From: Fimicolochytrium jonesii
Lineage: Eukaryota
Assembly (NCBI RefSeq): GCF_025526975.1
Contig: NW_026515672.1
Span: 1 to 64,000 of the forward strand
Direction of reading: 5' to 3'
Length of the DNA stretch: 64,000 nt
Shown: one piece after another, positions 13,676 through 29,251 of the stretch
How positions within the stretch are numbered: the stretch's first letter is position 1
Layout: each line of letters begins with the position of its first letter
The notes under the pieces: model-generated
Database searches by the model: none
The model's input: the letters and a program-made list of their open reading frames with translations, nothing else
Told to the model about the DNA's origin: nothing
Translations under genes and position numbers: made by a program

Positions 13676-14566
13676 CACCAAGGGGAGAGCAAATGGCAGG
13701 GTCTATGTGGTTCGTTGTAGACGATTTCCGGAAGGTGTACATATAGTTTATTGGGGTATGTCATCGCACTTTGCCGAGAGCTGTGCATTTGGTGGGATCA
13801 GCTGCGTAGGTTTTTCATTAATCAGCATCTAGTCGGAGGCTTTAACATGGCAAAGGTCCGGCCACAGCGTATCTAGGCAGTGTTTCGATGAGCTCGGAAA
13901 AAGAGAAAAAAAATGGCAGAACTCATCAAGAACGTTGCTCGTACGGTGGTGATAAAGAAGCCGCTGAGAACTCCATTCACACCATCCCTAACCCGAACGC
14001 GTCGCGCGTTGAATCAGCAAAACTCCGCCAGCCAACACAAGACTGGCTCGTTTACCACAAGCTGAAAGGCCACATCGTCGCGGGTCCATTCTTCGAATAC
14101 TGAAAGCAAATCGAAATCTGAACAGCTGTATCTGCCATTGTCACGCAATAGGTCTAGCGAATTTGCGGGGCAAAACGCAACGATCCAGCACCCAATACGT
14201 GTGCACCGGAAGAACCTCGCACTCCTATTTCGCTCAGCGAGTTATGAGACTCGCGCTTGGTATCAAGCCGGTATTTGGGCACGGGTAAGCATGGAGGCAA
14301 GGTGCCGAAAGGTGCCGAACCCTTTGCCCATTCTTATCTTGTTTTTCGGGACCCCCAGGAGTGCACGTTCTATCGTCAATTCCGTCCATAAAATGAGTTA
14401 AGCTTCACCTAGATCAACAAGGAGGCTTCCCCCAACTTTCTGTGGTGTTGCCAAGCCCCTCCTCCTTGCAGACCGCATACTCCACTTCTCCTGTAAAATC
14501 AAGCTTTGAAAACTTCCAGCACAGGCCTTTTGGGTTTCATTTTTTTTTGCCACAAATATACACATC

Positions 14567-16586
14567 ATGGCGATACCATGGGAGGAGCTAACACATTTCG
14601 AGGTTTGGCGATGCCTGCACGGTGCCGATTATCAATCGCACAGGCATTTTCTGATCCTTCCCATGAATTGCAGGATATATCAACGGGGAGTTTCGGGATT
14701 GTGCGGAAGTACGTCCTGCACCACTGAAGCACAAATATTTCTCCAACCACATTTTCATAACCCCGATGATCTATACAGAGCGGACTATCTCGGCACGGAC
14801 GTCGCCGTCAAAGAGTTCCTCGACATCTCCAACCAGCCCGGGTTCGATGTGCAGAAGTACATTGGACGCGAGGTCGATATTCTCAGGTATATCACATCCC
14901 GTTTCCCCAACCCCGCTCCTTCCCCCCCCCCCCCCCCCCCCCCCCCCCGCACCCACACTCGCCTTTATGTCCCCTCCCCACCCATCCGTTAGCTCCGTGC
15001 ACCACCCGAACGTCCTCCAATACATGGGCATCAGCCTGCACGAGCGCAAACTGTACCTCGTCACGGAACTGATTACGGGCGGGCACCTGAAATCGTGGAT
15101 CGAGGCGAGCGCGAATAAAGTAGGGGTGGATCCGGCGTGGAAGTTGAGGATTAGTTTCGCTATTGAGTGAGTTTTGGTGGCGGGTTGGGGGTTGGGGGCT
15201 GGGAGTTATGTGATTATTGAGGTCTTTCGGGTCGGGCATTGACGTTTCAGGGTGTTTTCTTTTTAGCACGGCGCGGGCGTTGGTGTATCTGCATGCGCAT
15301 CGGATCATTCATCGGGATTTGAAGAGCGAGAATTTGCTTCTGACAGGTAAAACGGGAGGAAGCATATTTGAGGTGGGGGATGTGTGGGATGCCATAGAGG
15401 GTGGGGATGCTGAGGATGCGGTTCCCCTTTCTTCTTTGCTGCGAAGAGAATCTCCGTCTTAAGATATGCGATTTCGGGCTATCCAGGTCAGTCAGTACTC
15501 AGACATCTGATATGTATTTAGGGCGAGACGACTGAAGCCGTGACCATCAAACAGAGAAGTAGCAACAACGAAAGAAGAACGGGGCCGCCTCTCCTTCTGC
15601 GGCACGGACGCCTACATGGCGCCTGAAATCATCCTCGGGCAAGCCTTCGACGAACGCGTCGACGTCTTTTCATACGGGATCATCCTCTGCGAGCTGATAA
15701 CCCTCTCGAGCGACGCGTCCCAATCCTTCCGTCGCGAAACGCCGTATTTCGGGATCGACGCCGCCAGCATTGTCGCGGCGCCCAACTGCCCGGGGGATTT
15801 CCTCGAGATTGCGCGGACGTGCACGGACGCGGATCCGGAGAAGCGGCCGCGGTTGAAGGATGTGTTGACGAGGTTGAGGAGGTTGGAGGCGGAGGTGGTG
15901 GCGGAGCGGCCGGGGAATATTGGCGCGTTTATGGAGAGTGAGGCTGGGAGGGGGGCGAGTGTGGCGACGTCGGCGGCTGGGGAGGCGAGGATTGCGGGTT
16001 CGGATGGGAGTTTGACGGGTGCGTGGGAATGTCTTTGTTCGTTTCAGGGTATCGGGTTGTGATATCGGCCGGCCCTGGACTAAAAAAACTCTCTGAATCC
16101 ATGCAGACGGCTCCCCCGACTCCCTCGCCCCACCTAGCAGCTCCAGCAGTCCAACCACCTCCCACGACGCGCTCCCATCCCCCTCTCCCTCCCAATCCGC
16201 CCAAAGCATCGCCGCGCGGATCGCCTCGCAGCCCCCCTCATCAATCCACCAAGGCTCCCCCTCCTCAGCAACGATGCGGCGGCTGGGCCACTACGTCCCG
16301 CACCGCTTCTCGGTAGTCTCGCGGCCGACTATGGCGAAATGTGAGGTGTGTGCGAAGAGGATTGGGATTACGAAGAAGCATTTGCAGTGTGATGGTATGG
16401 TTCATCCGTTGTGGATGGTAGTGGGGGGAGGGGAGTGTGGACGGAATACTGATTTTTGCGGTTTGGGTAGACTGCGACACATCATACCATAAACGCTGCG
16501 GTCAGAAAGCAACGCCGACGTGCGGGCTTTCCGCCGACCTTAAAGTGTCGCTATCCTTGTTCGATCCACAGAAGAGGGCATCCTAG
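14567..16586 (+). CDS. TKL-family (LIMK/TESK-like) protein kinase with C-terminal C1 domain, multi-exon
   Basis: STGSFGIV, DVAVK, HRDLKSEN, DFG, YMAPE, DVFSYG; C1 domain HRF...CEVC...C...C...HKRC...C. Confidence 0.88.
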
Positions 16587-16996
16587 ACCGGGCTGCACAA
16601 CAAACTCCTTCATCAGCGCTTCTCTCTGTATAGATTTATACATTTCTTCCCACTGGGCTAATTACATATATGCATGGCCATGGGAGTCGAGGCGTTGGTG
16701 TCGCTCAAGGATGTGAGTTGTTGTTGTTACGGCGTTGCGAGCACGACGTCCTGCCGATGCTCTACGCCCTCCGTCACGCAGCTTACGAAGTTTCTATGCC
16801 TTTCCGGCATCTCACTCCCCTGTCCTCTACGCGGGCCCATGTCCGCCCAAATCTGAGACTGGGTCGTCTCTCCGAGTCGCCGCTCCTAAGGCCCGCTCAG
16901 CCAGTTGCTCCGTCAGCCGTATGACTGTTGTTGTAGCCACCGGGCTGCTCTTCTGTTGTCAGCCTTTCCTCTTTGGCTATCTCTTATCAAGAACTC

Positions 16997-17970
16997 TCAT
17001 GATTGTGCCGGTGTCTCATCAGTAACCATAGGATCGTCCATGATATCAATATCCTCTTCCGGCTTAATCGCGTCTCCTTCGACCGCAGGCTCCGCACCCC
17101 CTTGCCTCGGCGACGTCTCCGCGACTTCTCCAGTGGTACGAGACTCTGCTGCTGGTTCCGTCACCTCCAACTCTCCCGTTGGGGACACCTCAATCTGCGC
17201 CAGGCCCACATTCACCTTTTGCGGACTAACCGGTAGCAGGGGAGATTTCTTGGGCGAGGCGGCACGGTCGTGTCGAACGTGTGGGCTGCTTTGCATGGGG
17301 TGGGACAGAGCTTCTTCCACGTCCTGGGGGCAGATCAACAAATATCCATCGATCCATGAGCCCCATATATCCATCCGTACATCGATCAGACTTCGTCCAT
17401 CTCACCTTTGCAGTAATGAGATCCCTCCCGGCCCCAGACATCTCAATCGCCTCCTCGACAATCAACTGCGTCGACTCCAACTGCTCCATCTCATCCACAT
17501 TATCCGGCCGCTCCTGCCGCTGCAACTCCTCCACCGTGCCCGTATCCCCATCCGGATCTGCGTCTGCATCCAAGTCTTCTTCGGACGCGTTATCGCCTTC
17601 CAGATCGTGGGTGGCTGGTTGCGCATTATCCTCCTCCTGCTCGAGTTCGGCGTTTGAGGGCTCTGGTGACAGACTGCCCTCGTCGTCGTCGACGAAGGAC
17701 GGGCGCCGCTTTTCGGAGACTTTGACGTATTTGAGGATCCGGGGCTCGTGGGTGAGCCCTTTGGGGAGGATGGAGGGGCCGGTTGCGCCGACGGGGGTTA
17801 CCCACTTCTTTTCCCTGCATTATTGACATGTTTTAGCGGAGGTGAATGAAATCTGAAGATGGAGTTTAGACTAACCAACGGACGACCGGCGTCCACCACG
17901 TCAGCTGTGCTGTTTCGTCTGTTCTGCTGAAGTCGGCTGGCGTGCCTAGTCGGCTTGGTCTCCCGGACAT
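16997..17970 (-). CDS. BCL7-like protein (BCL_N motif plus acidic disordered tail), 3 exons
   Basis: Spliced N-terminus MSGRPSRL...PVVRWEKKWVTP...PRILKYVKV resembles the BCL7 motif VRKWEKKWVT...RIYKWVPV. Confidence 0.55.
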
Positions 17971-18108
17971 GACGGAAAGTTCGCTTCCTTCCGCAAAAGT
18001 GGTATGAGTGCTGAGAAGGGGGTTAGGCGCTATACACCTCAGAGCTCGTATCCAAGCTCACAGCGGATGGGAGTGCGGGGAGAACGGGATAATCGTACTG
18101 TCTACTCT

Positions 18109-19672
18109 ATGCAAATGCAGTGGGTGTGGTTTCTGTGGATGCTGCGAAAGCCTCGACTGAGCCCAACTCACTCTTCCCTCCGCTCGCCGTTCCTCCCGTC
18201 GCCCCTGAATTACTTACTATCAGACTTACTATCTTAACGTTCAGCCCTTTGGAACAACTGGAACGCAGGGAGCAAACATAATCCCTCCCACAATACAACC
18301 CCTTCATCGTCGAAAGTCGTCGATAGTTCAGCGAACATTCTCGGCAGATTCACCCGTGCGCAGCAGCATATTCAGCACATCTTCAGCATCTTGGCTTCAT
18401 TTCTCCCGGCGGCCTTTTGCCCTCTCCTCGGACACACTCGCAGAGAGCCCCATACACGAAGCACCCATACAAATTCTTTGCAGGAAGGGACCGAGGGATA
18501 AAGCAAATCGCTGAGCAGTCCGCAGATACCCTTTTTTTTCTTGGGGAGAGAGTGGGAGAGAGAGAAAGAGAGAGTTTGAACTTTCACATACGGAAGTTGC
18601 AACATGGCCACCCCGAGGCCCGACACGCCCCCTATCGCTACAGCTACAGCGGGCGGGTCTGGGCTGTTGTGGCAGTTTGGTGTTGCTGTGAGTATGCTCA
18701 TAATTCAAGTTGCATATGGGAAGACACCGAGACACGGGCATTTGTTCCGTATGTTGACATAGCACTATCTGACCACCTTTCCCATCTCATTCCATGTAGT
18801 TGATCGGGGGCGTCATCCTCTTCGGCATCCCCTGCACGTGCGTTCTCTCCTGGTGGGCCCGGCGCCGTCTCGCCGCCATCCAACGCGCCATCGACGTCGA
18901 AGCCGCCGGCGGTGCCTTCGACTTCCCCGGGCGTGCAGCCGGCTCAGGCAGCCCGATCCCAGGCGGCGGTAACTCGCCCTCCCGCGCCGGCGGGAACCAC
19001 GTTATTCGCAAGGAGAACATCGACGAGTACTTCCCGGCGCGGCCGTACCGCAAGCAGAAGGAGCGCAGGCAGAACAAGCGCGGGTTGCTGGGACCCAAGG
19101 TTGGGAATAATAAGCTAGAGCCGGAAATGCGGATGGCGAAGCAGGAGGTGGAGGCGAAGGGCGGGGATTTGAGCGAGATGGTTTTGCCGGTTACTGCCGA
19201 ATCAGGTGGTTTTCAGGATGCGCGGGATGTCGCAGCAGCGACACCGCTACGTGACGATTGCCCACAACCACATCACCACCGGCTACCCCTCTCTCAGTGC
19301 ATCTCCACCACCACCCTCATCGAGCCCGACCAACCTCCTCTCCAAATGCAAAACCCACCCCCAACGCGCCGCCTCTCCTCCCTCACCGCAACCTCCTCCA
19401 CAACAACAAGAAGCTCAACCTCCAACTCCTCAACGATGTCATACCCCTACCCAAGCGACACATGCCCAATCTGCATCGAGCCGTTCGTCGAGGGCGAGCC
19501 GATCAGGGAGCTCGTGCCGTGCCGGCATTACTTCCATGGCGCGTGCATTGAGACGTGGTTGACGGAACGTAGAGGCGTGTGTCCAATGTGTAGGGCGGAT
19601 TTGGTGGATGCTGTGAAGGGGGAGGGCCCTGACGAGGAAGGTGAAGGGGGTGATGTGGAGAGGGCGGAGTAG
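18109..19672 (+). CDS. Transmembrane RING-H2 E3 ubiquitin ligase; 5' exons uncertain
   Basis: TM IGGVILFGIPCTCVLSWW and RING-H2 CPIC...CRHYFHGACIETW...CPMC in exon 18800-19672; start position approximate. Confidence 0.75.
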
Positions 19673-20296
19673 GCGATGCGCGATACGCGAACAGTCTCGC
19701 ATTTTCAACGCACATGCACACAATGCCCACGCCCGCAGTATGCCTCCTCACTCTCACAGCTATGCAAGCCGAACGCCTTTGAACGTACTTTCTCAATTCG
19801 CCGCAGAACCCCCACCCTTACAAATCTCTCATTCCTCCACCTGCTGGCCCCTATTTGTCCCAATATTGTCTTTTTGGCTCTTTTTTGGTTTCTATGCATA
19901 CCCCCACTTTTTTGATAGTCTTTTCTCTGTTATTTAGTTTTCTGGTTGCTTTTTGGAGTGCTTTGCGGAAATATGAAGAAGTAGTACTGTATTTGCTGCA
20001 CGCGTCGGGTATTGCTGTTGGACTCGATGATGTCACGACTGTTTACTTTTCGACGCGTTTGGGGACGGCAAGGCAACCCTTTGCATTTGGCCCAGGTGAC
20101 CCGTTTTTTCGTTGCCCTAAGATATTCGCAAGGTTATTCAACGACGATAAATAGCTGCAAGGCATCCTTCTCGCCGCCTGAGCCCATCGCAACCGTCAAA
20201 CCTGAAAGCACTCGGGAACTCAGCAAAAAACTGGAAAGCAGGCAGTCAATCCCAATCCATCCATTCCACCCACAACCCAAATTTCCCGGCACAAAA

Positions 20297-20782
20297 ATGT
20301 CCACGCGAACCGAACAAGTCCTCCAACGCAAAGCCGCGCTCGAAGCGCAAAAGCTCGCGGAAGCCTCCAAACACCTTCACCAGCACTCGCACGCGGTGGC
20401 CAACGCCTCGCAGCACCGCTCTGAACGCTCGCACCACGCCGCGGAAACGCTCTCCCACTCGGCCGAAAACCTCGCCCGCCGCGCATCGCTCGAGGCCGAG
20501 AAGATCGCGTCCACGATCCATGAACTGAACACCAAATCCACCCACGCGTTGGAGGTGCATGAGCAGCATAAAGCCGAGGTTGCGCAGCACGCGGCGGAGA
20601 CGGGGGTGCATCCGGCGAGTCTGGAGGGCGTGCAGAGACGCGAGGCCGAGGAGGAGAAGAGGCGAGGGGCGTTGGAACGCGAGTTGAGGAGGAAGAGTGA
20701 GGTTGCCGAGCAGGTTAGGAGTGAGCGGTTGGAGGAGGTCAGGGAGAAGGCTAGGGCTTTTGAGGCGCCTTTTGAGCATTAG
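20297..20782 (+). CDS. Small Ala/Glu/His-rich coiled-coil hypothetical protein
   Basis: ATG in aaaaATG context; MSTRTEQVLQRK...APFEH*; helical composition. Confidence 0.6.
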   Translation: MSTRTEQVLQRKAALEAQKLAEASKHLHQHSHAVANASQHRSERSHHAAETLSHSAENLARRASLEAEKIASTIHELNTKSTHALEVHEQHKAEVAQHAAETGVHPASLEGVQRREAEEEKRRGALERELRRKSEVAEQVRSERLEEVREKARAFEAPFEH

Positions 20783-22741
20783 CGCCTCCTGCATGAGGGA
20801 TTTCCTTATGCTGCGCGGCTCGCCCCTCCCGCGAGCGATGATGCGCTGTGCCACCTTTTTGGTACGGAATTCGTTCTACCTGGTGGTGTTTTTGTTTGAT
20901 TGTACGCCAGATGCTTTTCGCAGGATGGGATGTGCGCAATGTGCAACGAGATAAATTTTGGGATGTCAAAATATATGAATGATGATTAGCATTATCGAAC
21001 GGGAAGATGTAGAAAAGACGGGAATACTAAATCTAGCCGCTAATGTCTTACTACCTAAACATCTAAGGACAAATACTCGACCCAGAAAGATCCTTCCCCT
21101 TTGTCGTTCGCCTCGCCCATTTGACAAAGGTTCCCACCTCCATCAGCGGCCCGTCTCGCGTCGCCACTTTGAGCATGTCTGGCGCCGCGAATACCTGCGT
21201 CTATGGCGCCATTGCAGAGTTCTTCAAATGTTGCTTCGTATGGCTCTACCCGAGCGTCGGTCGCGTCCTCGGCAAAGCGCCTGCGCTCGTTCCAGTTGTT
21301 CCGTCTGTTCAGTCATGTCACTGTCGTACGGCGCCTTCCAACGCCGCTTGCTTGCGGGTACGCCCTTGTCGCACGCTCAACGTCCCTCTATATCTATGTC
21401 CCACTTTGCCTCAATGCCCCACCTCCCCAAACATCGACCGGACACCCCGACTCCCCTTCAAAGAAGGCATCATAACTCATATGCAGTTTGATTGAATCGA
21501 GCCAACCTTCCCCTCCCCTCCCCTCGATCACCGTCCATCTCTCGGTACGCACGGCCAATGCATGCACCCACCTCTTCCCTCTCCCCCCCCCCCCCCCCCC
21601 CCCCCGCCTCCGCGTTCTTCACGATAAATCCCCAGCCGCCCTTCGTCCATTCCCACTGCGTCCGCGTTACCCTATCCTACACCTCCATGGTACCGTCGCG
21701 CCTTTTGAATCTCACAACCTCCATGCGCAGCTCGGATTTCCTCCACAGGCCGGCGGGCGAGCGGGTCTAGGTGGTCGTGGATACGCGACGACCGAACGGC
21801 GCGGGGGGGTGGTGTTGTGTTGGGCGGGGACGGAACACGGGAGCGTATAAAACCTCACAGCGTCGCATGGCGGGGGCGAGACCTGACCCACGTCCCTGTG
21901 TGTCATCGCACGGGGGGACTCGATGCAACGATGGGTTCGATAACACGGACTCGGAGCCCATGGCGCGATTCCGAACGCACGGGGGATCTATGCAGCGGTG
22001 TTGGGAATGTCGATGGGATTTGCACAGGACGCTATAAAGCATGGTTTGCGTCCCACCGTCTGTCTGTCTCTCCCAACGATCGTTGGCGTTTAGTCTGATG
22101 TAGTCTGGAATCGGTTTCGTCCGCTCCCTTGGTTTCTTCATCGCTGTGGTCTGTGCCTTGACGAAGTGTGACAACCTGCCTGTGCAGGACAGCGGCGTAG
22201 TCAGGCGAGGTGCGGGAGCTGAGAGATGCAGTGTATTCGAGGGCGCTGGGTGTGGGTATGATTGAACATCAAATGTTGGGAGACAGCTCGGTTTCCCAGA
22301 ATAGTGTCTTTTGAGGAGAGAGCCATTTTATCGATTTGTGGTTCGAACTCGTATCGAGGGGTGGCCGGACGCAAGGGTATGATCGAGTGCTGGTTAGAAG
22401 TCACTGGAGAATTTGCTAACCAACGCTCGATCATACGGTACGTTGGTGGCGAACTTCCTCTGTGCTCTCAGGTGAGGCAGAGGTGTCTTGGGCGAGTGCC
22501 TGAAGGACGGAAGCCCTGTCACTCAAGGGAGGGCGCGCTGTCGCTTTTTCTTGGACATGATTACATAATGTGAGTTAGCCAGAAGGTATGGGGCAAATTC
22601 CCAGCGTCCTACACTTCCCGTTCGCATATTCCGCATGCCTATTAAACTTCATTCAGTCTATCATACAAAGAATCCACTCTAAAAAACCATAAAAGTAACA
22701 GCCACTCCGGTTTTTCGAAAAAGCCAAACTGATACGCCGCA

Positions 22742-24218
<1,477 letters not shown>

Positions 24219-26706
24219 TTCGGTCGGACTCTGAGCTGCACACCTGCGTTTGGAGCCGTGCGTTAGGAGACCGCTGACCACACACTGAACGCAACTCTGT
24301 TTCACTGACTTTAGTTGTGACAAAAGACGTCTCAACCTTCTGCAAAAGCTGAGCACTGTTAGTCCCTTTTGTTGTTGGCAAGTTCGAAGTTCCTCCCCAG
24401 GCAAGAGGCGGGCGCCCTTTTGAGGGTGAAGGTCTTTGAGCGCGCTGAGTCATGATTCATGAAGCACGCGTCGGTGGTCGCTGATCATCTTCTCTCTGCA
24501 TCTTTTCCCCATCTCCGCTCGCACTTTTTTTCTGCTTTCGTCCCGGCGGGCGAGTCGACACTCCGTCCTCGGTTATATACGCACCCAGCAGCCAGCAGTC
24601 ACACTAGTACACCAACAAGCCAAGCAACTCCTACGGACCCAGGCTCGAACCCAACAAGGTACGCTGCACTCGCCTCTCCCAGTCGGTCTCTTAAATATTT
24701 GAACCCTACTCACCCCAACTTACCCCCTTGGACGCCTCCAATCCCAAGCTAACCGACCCCTTCACAGCCTTCCGCACAACCGACCAGTCCCCAATCTCGC
24801 ACCTCTACACCCAACCCCGCCTCGAATGCCCACAATGCAACAAAGGCTACAAAATATACTGCCCTCCATTGCCGCGTTTGACGATGTACGAGGTCAGTGT
24901 CTGATCCCACAGCGGACAATACTGCGAAAGAACATGCTCATGCTCCGCAAACCCGATTGTTTGGAAATTGGGGCGCAACGGCCCCGGCCCCGAGGGTAGG
25001 CGAGACATTTCCGAGACATCCCAAGTCCGCACACCAACGTTCGCTGTTGTCCGGGTGATGGATCGCTTGCCGCGCTCATTTGGTGTTCCCCGTCCCTGAT
25101 GCCAGTTGAAGTCATCAACGAGAACCACGGCGGAAGTGTTCGAAAGCGCAAGTCGCAAGGACACGTCCCCTTCGTGAGCGGCAATGGCTGCCTGGGCCCG
25201 GGCGACGTTGTGTTGCGGGACGAGGGAGAGGCCAACCCTGGCGATCTTTGTCTGTTGATCGGTGCTGACACTCGAAAGCTGGAGCTGGATGGACATCCAG
25301 CGCTGAAGGTAGTTTACACGAAGATGTCGGGTGCTGAGATCGAGCAGGATGGAAATGAACACTCTGTGGCAGATTCCATCCCGGTGTTTCTCGCTCCACC
25401 TCAAGCTGCGCTTCAGAGGCACATCGTCGACGACCAGTGCGGCGGACCCTGACGACCTGGCGGACTGACAGGCGCATGCCCAGAAGAGCTGTCCACGTCA
25501 TTGTCCATTGTTTCCCCAGGGGCTCATCCACGGCTTGGTCGCGTGCCCCTCCTTCCTGGGCAGTCTGTGCAGGGGCAGTTGCGTCGTAGGTTCTTCCTTT
25601 CACAGCGTCCCCAAACAGCGCCAAACACTGTTCCATCAAACAATCCTCTAGCTGGTAAGGGCCCACTTCTTTGGAAAGATGGGCTTTGAAAGCCTCGACG
25701 ACTTCCCACGTTGTTCCGGTGGCCCAGAGGGACGTGGAACGAGTCAGCATTGGTTCATTCACGACCTACACAGGGGGATGGGTCGCGTATTCAAGATGCA
25801 ACTCGGTTCAGAGTGCCATCGGGAAGGGAAGGGAAAGGGGTGTGGGCTTTGGGCCTAAGCTAACTATCTACGTACCCAACCACTGTACTGCACCCGTCTC
25901 CTCTCCTTTCTACATATCTACCACAAGGGAGCCGGATTCCGCTCCCACGGCCCCACATTCCACCGGGGTCGATGACCTGATGTCGGGAATATTGATGCTG
26001 AAGGAAGCGCAAATTGGCGCCAGCTTGTATATCTCAGTTAACAATCGGGCGTTGATGGGGGCGTGTGGCATAGATTGGGGGACAGGTGAGTTCAGCGCAG
26101 GTGCGAAGACGCCAACAGTTTGGCCCTCTCATTCGTTTCCTCTCTGGGCACAATGAAGTGCGGATGTGTTGTTTCACTCCTCGAACACCCCAAGATAGCA
26201 ATATTTGCGTAAGGTGTGTCGACCACTGTCCCTCTGCCGCCGAAACCACTCCTTGGGGTGTTCTTCACATTTGTAGTAACGAGTTCGGTGAAGCGTAGTA
26301 GACGTCAGAGATTCTCTCACGGAGCAAAGAGATTGACAGCGAGGTCATTGTGGTTGTTTCCTGGCATTTGCATTGACACTACATGTTTCATAGCATACGT
26401 CTGGCGCTCTGAATGACTATGACCCTATATACTACCGCTTTGACGCCAGCCGGCTACACAAATAAGATCAAAACCCGAGGTTCTCGTCGTTGCCGCCATT
26501 ATACGTTAGCGATATTCACTCCCCACAACTACATACAACATTGTGCTGAATCGAGAAGTGGGTGGTATTGTGATGGTGTTGCGGTCGGCGTTTGCACAGA
26601 CATCTGTCTCCGAACATGGTGATTCCCCATTGAACGTGGTCATTCACGTCTGTCACCATCCATCCGTCGTAACGCTCCCATCGAGCAAGCGTGCGTCTAT
26701 GCCGAG

Positions 26707-27557
26707 TCATTCCTCCGTGTAAAAATAGCTCGCATAAAGCGCCTGCAAAGCTTCCCGCATCGTCGTCGGACCCTCCCCTCGCTTCAGTCGCAGTAGATTC
26801 TTCTCCAGCATCCGCTCCCTCCGAATCCGATCCACGTACCCCTTGAAGATCCGGCGCACATGTACCCTCAGATCCAGCACATCATACGAAAGCCGCTCCA
26901 TGTGTGCATACGATACCCACGCCGCTGGTAAGATGAGAGCCTGGAGGATTGACTGCGATTGCCGTTCACTGTACTTCTTACATTCCAGACAATGCTCGCA
27001 AGCGCATTTTGATGACTCCGCCCGTTGAATGTCTGATACTAGTTGCTCGAGGAGACGGACCATGAGGGGCTCACTGACTACGGGAGATCGCGGGAACTTG
27101 GGCACGTAGGCGTCCTTCAGCGCACGAGCTGCGACCTGGATGAAGATGTCGATCTTGGATACTTGTAGAAAATCCGCCAGCGCGACGTACAGAAGCGCAG
27201 TTTTCACGGTGCAGCCTAGATCCTCGGGTTGATGGGTGTAGAAGAACAACACTAGTCGTTGGAAACATTCGTCGCTGCGTGTGATTTCACCGACGGAGAA
27301 CGTGTATCGACTCGTGCCATCGCCTGCCTTGCTTTCCAGATCATTATTTTGCTGCTGCTGCTGCTGCTGGGATTCTACGAACTGCGCTGAACTCTCGAAG
27401 TATTTTGAGCTTGCTTTCAGGACCCCGGAATGCACTTCCATTTGCTGCCGGTATTGAAGACTAGCGTGGTGTCGGCGGAGCTGCTGTCCTTGAATAGGGT
27501 CAACCCAGGCGGAAGAGACTCTGCTGGCGGTGAGGAGATCTGTGCTGTTTCGGCCAT
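26707..27557 (-). pseudogene. BTB/POZ domain protein with an apparent 1-bp frameshift near 27450
   Basis: MAETAQ...LFKDSSSADTTLVFNTG in one frame continues as QQMEVHSGVLKASSKYFE...FQRLVLFFYT...ALADFLQV in another; may be a sequencing error. Confidence 0.6.
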
Positions 27558-27712
27558 TGGTTTGGCAGTGTGGTTGTGAGAGCCGGCGACGGTTTGAGGG
27601 GAAATGTGGGGGTTGTTGGGAAGGTCTCACGCCTCGTTCTCCGTCCGTCGCCTCCGGGAAACAGCCAGGCAACCACCTCCCAATGCCCGTCCCCATTGCC
27701 CCCAACGAAACA

Positions 27713-28880
27713 ATGTCCGACGAATACACCACACCCTCCCAGTTCCTCATCCTCCTAGACTCCACTGCCTTTCCATGCGCACGCATAGAGCGGATCGGAG
27801 AAGGCAACGCCAACTTCTCCTTCCGCGGCCACTTGAGCGAGCCCACCCCCAGCGGCCTCAAAACGGTGTTCATCAAGCATGCGGAGCCGTACGTCGCGAA
27901 ATTCCGGGCGTTCAAATTTGGGCCGGAACGGAGTGTAGGTACATAAGAATCATACTGCACCTGCTAGCCAAAAGGTCTTGACTTATAATATCATGCAGAA
28001 CTTTGAATACACCGTCCTTGAGCATCTAACCACCCTCGACATCTCAACCGATCGCAACACGGTCTCCACGCCGAGACCGCTCCAGTTCCTCCCAGACTCG
28101 CATACCGCCATCTACGAAGACGTGCAACAGTCCGAAACGCTCAAAACGGCATTATTGGCGGACCGTCTTTCCCGAGAGACCGCTGTGCACGTCGGCGCGG
28201 CGTTGGGGGCCTACATCGCGCGGCTGCACGTCTGGGGCCGGGATGCAGAGCAGGAGGCGCTGAGGCGGCATCTGGCGAGCTATGATGAGGCGACGAGGGT
28301 TATATTCAGCATGACGTATGGATCTTTCCACGGGCTGATCACGGCGTTTCCGGGTCTGCTGGCGGGGAATGAGGATCTTTTCGCTCGAGCGAAGCAGTGG
28401 GCTCAGGATGTGTTTTTTGGCGAGGACGGTGGCCGGAGGACGGTCACACATGGGGACTTTTGGACGGGGAATATCCTCGTTCCTAGCTCACTCTCGCAAA
28501 CGGTGGCTGAGCCCCGTTCTCAGAACCTGCACGTGGTCGACTGGGAAGCCTGCCGCCTCAGCGCCCCAGGCCTCGACATAGGCCAAATGGTTGCGGAAAT
28601 GTATCTCCCCTTCCATTTCCATGCCAACCCCGTCTCCCTAGCCCTCATCGACGCCTTCCTGGACGCGTATGCCCGAGCCGGAGATGTCCCTGTCGAGGAG
28701 GTGTTGACAGCGGTGAAACATTTTGGGATGCACTTGCTGGTGTTCCCGGCCCGGACGGGCTGGCCGAAGGAGGGTGTGGAGGAGTGTGTGAGGCTTGGGT
28801 TGGAGTATTTGGAACATGGGGTTGGGGGGGATGTGGAGTGGGTAAAGGGGAGTGTGTTTAAGAGGTTGGTGCGTATGTAG
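27713..28880 (+). CDS. APH/methylthioribose-kinase-like phosphotransferase, one intron
   Basis: GEGNANFSFRG, VFIKHAEPY, THGDFWTGNIL, VVDWE, DIGQMVAE. Confidence 0.85.
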
Positions 28881-29251
28881 ATGGGACTATTGCTGTAGTT
28901 TTCGTTGCGAGCCCTCGTATATCAGACGCGGACTATGTACTGTGTAGTGCTAGGTCATGGTGGGAGCACAATAGTTCCAAAAGCTCTACGTACCCATGGG
29001 CGATATCCGTTTTGCACGGGAATTGCATTATGATGGAAGGACTACATACATACAGCTTCAGGGCAAAGCGAACGATACCACCACACAGGCAGGTGTGTAG
29101 CAGGGAGGGGCCCTGCAGCTATCTGAGGACAGCCAAGCTGGGATGCATACCTTGCGGAGTAGCCAACCAGCTCACTTGAGGTATTGGGGTCAACTTCCCG
29201 GCAGAGCGGAGGGGTGGATGGGTTGCGAGGGGGGGAAGCTCACCGGCAACC

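Noticed and set aside
14922..14948. Long poly-C or poly-G tracts (also near 4856, 21583, 34833 and 41512)
   Set aside because: They are simple homopolymers in introns and intergenic DNA with no further structure.
21030..22560. Short ORFs on both strands
   Set aside because: Stops in all frames and no recognisable domain; possibly a degenerate gene.
24750..26300. CPQC...YCP fragment resembling a DTW-domain N-terminus, plus other ORF pieces
   Set aside because: I could not assemble a coherent spliced gene or find the DTW motif.
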